Shown here: one piece after another, positions 60,640 through 64,000 of the stretch
Position numbering within the stretch: position 1 is the stretch's first letter
How the letters are laid out: each line of letters starts with the position of its first letter
Origin: Mycoplasmatota bacterium
GTDB taxonomy: Bacteria > Bacillota_I > Bacilli_A > RF39 > UBA660
Assembly: GCA_022771205.1 (NCBI GenBank)
Contig: JALFCF010000001.1
Span: 130,663-194,662, forward strand
Reading direction: 5' to 3'
Length of the DNA stretch: 64,000 bases
Made by a program: the position numbers and the translations under genes
The notes under the pieces: generated by a model
Database searches by the model: none
Told to the model about the DNA's origin: nothing
What the model saw: the letters and a program-made list of their open reading frames with translations, nothing else

Positions 60640-60741
60640 ATGAGAAATTTATTTACAAACAAAAAAAGACAATCAAGCAAAAAATATACTGCAGTAGAAG
60701 TGGTAACATCTAATGTTTTCCACGACTTTAATATTGGATAA
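60640..60741 (+). CDS. Candidate 33-aa peptide ORF with its own RBS and a downstream terminator (60761-60784)
   Basis: 'aaaggagtgg' + ATG gives MRNLFTNKKRQSSKKYTAVEVVTSNVFHDFNIG. A ttgaca/tatcat-like promoter lies at 60579-60607. Confidence 0.3.
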   Translation: MRNLFTNKKRQSSKKYTAVEVVTSNVFHDFNIG

Positions 60742-60808
60742 TAGTTGGTATTAAAGAAAAAAACTACTGCAAAGTAGTTTTTTTGTGTGAAAAAGAAAGG
60801 AGAAAGAT

Positions 60809-62539
60809 ATGCAAAAAATAAAACATTTTAAAATATTTTGGGACTATATAAAAGATGACAAATTTAAATTATTTTTATATGTAATGCTAGTTGCTTTATC
60901 ATATTTACCAGCACTGGTAGCTGTCTATTTTTGGGGAGTTGCAGTAGAAGCATTAACATCAAAAGACTTTAACCAATTTGCTTTATATTTGACAGTTTAT
61001 GAAGGTATTTACATATTACTTTATACTTTTTTACAAATACCACGAGATTATCTATATACATACTTTGAAATAAAATTTACAAAGAGCGTAAGTAAAGATT
61101 TATATAGAAAAATGGATAAATTACCAGCCATAGCATTTGAAGATATTGGGGTTGGAGAGTTCATAAATAGATTATATACAGATCCAGATAGAGTAATGGA
61201 ATTGCTTTCTAAGATGGTAAGATTAATTTGCAAGGCTATTGTTGTAATAGTAGTAATAGTAATTGCCGTTCAAATATCATGGATCTTATTTGCAGAAATT
61301 ATGTTGTTAGCAATAATTATGGGCTTTATCTCTACAAAATTCTTTCCAAGAATTAAAAAGAGCCAAGAAAAAATAAAAAAAGAAAGTGATGCCTATGTAA
61401 AAGTAGCAACAGAAAATATGACTGGAATAAGAGAAATAAAATCTCTAGGTATTTCTAAAATTATAGAAAATAATATTTCTAAAGTAATTGATAAATTATT
61501 TGGACATACTTCCCAAGTTAGAAAATATGAAAGATGGTATTATGCTTTTAATAATCTAGCTTACTTTATTATTCAATTTTTAATACTTTTTACAACAGGA
61601 AAATTTTATTTAGATGGAGTTATCAGTTTAAGTATTTTCTTAATGATAGAGTCATATATTTGGAGAATTGATGAAGTAGTAGAAAGTATTAGTGACTTTG
61701 GGGTAAGTTTTAATAAAGTAACAGTATCTCTAAAAAGAATTGGTGAAATACTAAATAATGAATTATATCAAGATGAAAAATATGGTGATAAAGTATTAGA
61801 AAATCCAAAAGGAATAATTAAATTTGAAAATGTAAAATTTAGATATACAGAAAAGGAACAATATACATTAAAGGGTTTAAATCTAACTATTGAACCAAAC
61901 AAAAAAATTGCTATTGTTGGACGAAGTGGAAACGGAAAAAGTACAATATTCAACTTACTATTAAGATACTTTGATACGACAAAAGGAAAAATTATGATTG
62001 ATGATATAAATATCAAAGACTTAACAGAAGAATCTCTAAGAAGCAACTTATCAATTATTAGACAAAGTCCATTCTTATTTAATTTAACTATATTAGAAAA
62101 CTTTAGATTAGTAAAAGAAGATGTAACTTTAGAAGAGATAAGAGAATGCTGCAAAAGAGCATATATTGATGATTACATTATGAGTTTACCTGATAAATAT
62201 GATACTGTAATCGGAGAAGGCGGAATAAACTTATCAGGGGGTCAAAAACAACGTATAGCAATCGCAAGAACACTTCTTTTAAATACAAAAATAATTTTGT
62301 TTGACGAAGCGACATCTGCCCTTGATAATGAGTCACAAGAATATATTAAAAAGACAATCGATGATTTAGTAAAAGATCATACTGTAATTATTGTTGCTCA
62401 TAGATTATCAACAATTGTAGATGCTGATACAATTCATGTAATTGAAAAAGGAAAATTAGCTGGTAGTGGAAAACATAAAGAACTACTAGAAAGCTGTATA
62501 CCATATCAAAATTTATATACAGCTGAATCAGATATTTAA
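60809..62539 (+). CDS. ABC exporter with fused permease and ATPase (MsbA/multidrug-type)
   Basis: Six N-terminal TM helices. Walker A 'GRSGNGKST', signature 'LSGGQKQR', Walker B 'ILFDEATSALD'. Confidence 0.8.
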   Translation: MQKIKHFKIFWDYIKDDKFKLFLYVMLVALSYLPALVAVYFWGVAVEALTSKDFNQFALYLTVYEGIYILLYTFLQIPRDYLYTYFEIKFTKSVSKDLYRKMDKLPAIAFEDIGVGEFINRLYTDPDRVMELLSKMVRLICKAIVVIVVIVIAVQISWILFAEIMLLAIIMGFISTKFFPRIKKSQEKIKKESDAYVKVATENMTGIREIKSLGISKIIENNISKVIDKLFGHTSQVRKYERWYYAFNNLAYFIIQFLILFTTGKFYLDGVISLSIFLMIESYIWRIDEVVESISDFGVSFNKVTVSLKRIGEILNNELYQDEKYGDKVLENPKGIIKFENVKFRYTEKEQYTLKGLNLTIEPNKKIAIVGRSGNGKSTIFNLLLRYFDTTKGKIMIDDINIKDLTEESLRSNLSIIRQSPFLFNLTILENFRLVKEDVTLEEIRECCKRAYIDDYIMSLPDKYDTVIGEGGINLSGGQKQRIAIARTLLLNTKIILFDEATSALDNESQEYIKKTIDDLVKDHTVIIVAHRLSTIVDADTIHVIEKGKLAGSGKHKELLESCIPYQNLYTAESDI

Positions 62540-62594
62540 AGAAGAACAAAATAGTTCTTCTTTTTCTATGGTATAATAAAAATGAGGTGATACT

Positions 62595-63059
62595 ATGACT
62601 ATTGAAGAAAAGTTAAATAAATTAAATATAAATTATGAGAAAGTAGAACATCCTGCAGTATATACTGTTGAAGAGTCCAAAGAAAAAGTTCCTAAAATAG
62701 AAGGAATTGGATGTAAAAATTTATTTTTAAAAACTCAAAAAAAAGAATTATTTTTATATACATTATGTGAAGATAAACAAGTAAATTTAAAAAATCTATC
62801 AGAAGAGCTACAAGTAACAAGATTTCATTTCGCATCTTCTGAAACATTAGAATCTGTATTAGGAGTAATACCAGGTTCAGTAACGCCACTTGCTATTATG
62901 AATGATACAGAAAATAGAGTAACAGTAGTTTTAGATAAAGAATTACAGGGAAAGAAAATATTAGTACATCCAAATAGAAATACTGCAACAATTTCTATAC
63001 AATATGAAGATTTAATAAAGTTTATTGAAAGTGAACATCATAAAATAATAGAAATATAA
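62595..63059 (+). CDS. YbaK/ProX-family aminoacyl-tRNA deacylase
   Basis: Size and the 'GxxxG...HP' profile of the YbaK family. Confidence 0.6.
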   Translation: MTIEEKLNKLNINYEKVEHPAVYTVEESKEKVPKIEGIGCKNLFLKTQKKELFLYTLCEDKQVNLKNLSEELQVTRFHFASSETLESVLGVIPGSVTPLAIMNDTENRVTVVLDKELQGKKILVHPNRNTATISIQYEDLIKFIESEHHKIIEI

Positions 63060-63070
63060 AAGGTAATAGT

Positions 63071-64000
63071 ATGCATTTAGAAAGAAAAACAATAGAAAAA
63101 GATGAAACATATTTAAGACAGGTTTCCAAACCAGTAGACTTTAAAACAGACGGGTGGAAGGAAGCTATAGAAAAACTAGATTATTTTTGTAAAAATGATG
63201 ATTTAAATATGATGGCAATGGCATCGATTCAAGTAGGAATACCACTATGATTAATTTATTTAAAAAAGACAGATTTAAATAGATTAGAAGAGGATTATAA
63301 TGAATCACAAGTATTAATTAATCCCAAAATTATTAAAGAAGAAGGATTAACTACTTATTGGGAAGCCTGTGCCAGTTGTGGTAATTATACCGGCTTAGTA
63401 GAAAGACCATATAAAATAGAATTAGAGTATTTTGATGAAGAACAACAAAAACACATAGAAAAAATAGAAGGCTTTAAAGCAACTATAATCTCTCATGAAA
63501 TAGACCATTTAGATGGAATTTTACATCTAGATATAGCAAAGAAAGTAAAAGAATTAACAGAAGAAGAAAGGATTAAACTTAGAGAAAAAGAACCGTATAT
63601 AGTAATAAGAAAAACAGGTTTATATACAATAAATGATATTGCTGCTAACAAATTAAAAAAATATTTACAAAATTTCTCTATCTATAGGGGCAACAAACAA
63701 AAACCTTATATTATCTTATTAGATGGGGACACTGGAGAAGGAAAAACAACAGTTTCTAGACAAATTTCAAAATATGATCACTCTATTATCTTAAACAATG
63801 ATGAATTAAGGAAATTTTTAAATGACTACCATGATAAGACCAGTTTAAAAGATAAATTACAAAGATATCGATTAGAAAAATTATTAAAGAATAAAAATAG
63901 TTGTATATATGATAACTGTCTATGCCATAATTATGAAGAAAAATTAGCATTTTATAAAAAACTAGGATATCCAATCTATATTGTTAGAGTAGAATGCCAA
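63071..64000 (+). pseudogene. Peptide-deformylase-like domain fused in frame to a P-loop NTPase domain, with an in-frame TGA at 63247-63249; 3'-partial
   Basis: PDF motifs 'ASIQVGIPL', 'EACASCGNY', 'SHEIDHLDGIL', then 'LLDGDTGEGKTT' Walker A. The ~250 aa after the TGA contain no Met at all and no stop, so they cannot be expressed independently. Confidence 0.45.

Noticed and set aside
1-64000. CRISPR arrays or cas genes
   Set aside because: No regularly spaced direct repeats of 25-40 nt were seen. The only tandem repeats are the 11-bp iterons at 11635-11690 and short SSRs.

Overview
AT-rich window (roughly 27-29% GC by eye) that looks like a spore-forming Firmicutes/Clostridium-type chromosome: it carries cotJA/JB/JC spore-coat genes, a glmS ribozyme, a SAM-I riboswitch, and strong AGGAGG Shine-Dalgarno sites. 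Left ~22 kb is a defence and mobile-DNA island. It holds a 5'-truncated Type ISP restriction-modification enzyme (single-polypeptide DEAH helicase + NPPY methyltransferase + specificity domain), a HEPN/Abi_2-like abortive-infection gene, and a membrane protein. Next comes the remnant of an integrative element: a tyrosine integrase interrupted by an in-frame TGA at the conserved Trp, att-like repeats, Arc/HTH regulators, and 11-bp phased iteron-like repeats. After that sits a Type I RM locus (hsdM, hsdS, hsdR) built as a multi-cassette invertible hsdS shufflon, with a Xer-like recombinase and two families of inverted repeats inside the hsdS conserved regions. It is followed by a PD-(D/E)xK-like protein, an unknown gene, and an HTH + vWA pair. 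Right ~40 kb is mostly metabolic or accessory but enriched in nucleotide-sanitation genes: a Ham1-NUDIX fusion, a second Ham1, two NUDIX genes, an NrtR-like regulator, tdk, an ATPase-CYTH fusion, an adenosine-deaminase-family gene, and an NDT-like + alkaline-phosphatase-like pair. Two of these operons are preceded by copies of a conserved ~70-nt 5'-UTR RNA element that I could not match to a known riboswitch class. Other content: sirtuin, CDF transporter, arylsulfotransferase + thioredoxin-like pair, glmS ribozyme + glmS, cotJABC, tRNA-His(GUG), a frameshifted collagen-like/beta-helix (BclA-like) gene beside the tRNA, mgtA (no M-box seen), SAM-I riboswitch + metK, an MsbA-like ABC exporter, YbaK, and a def-like gene fused to a P-loop domain that carries an in-frame TGA. 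No CRISPR array was seen. Several apparent frameshifts sit at short homopolymer or repeat tracts.
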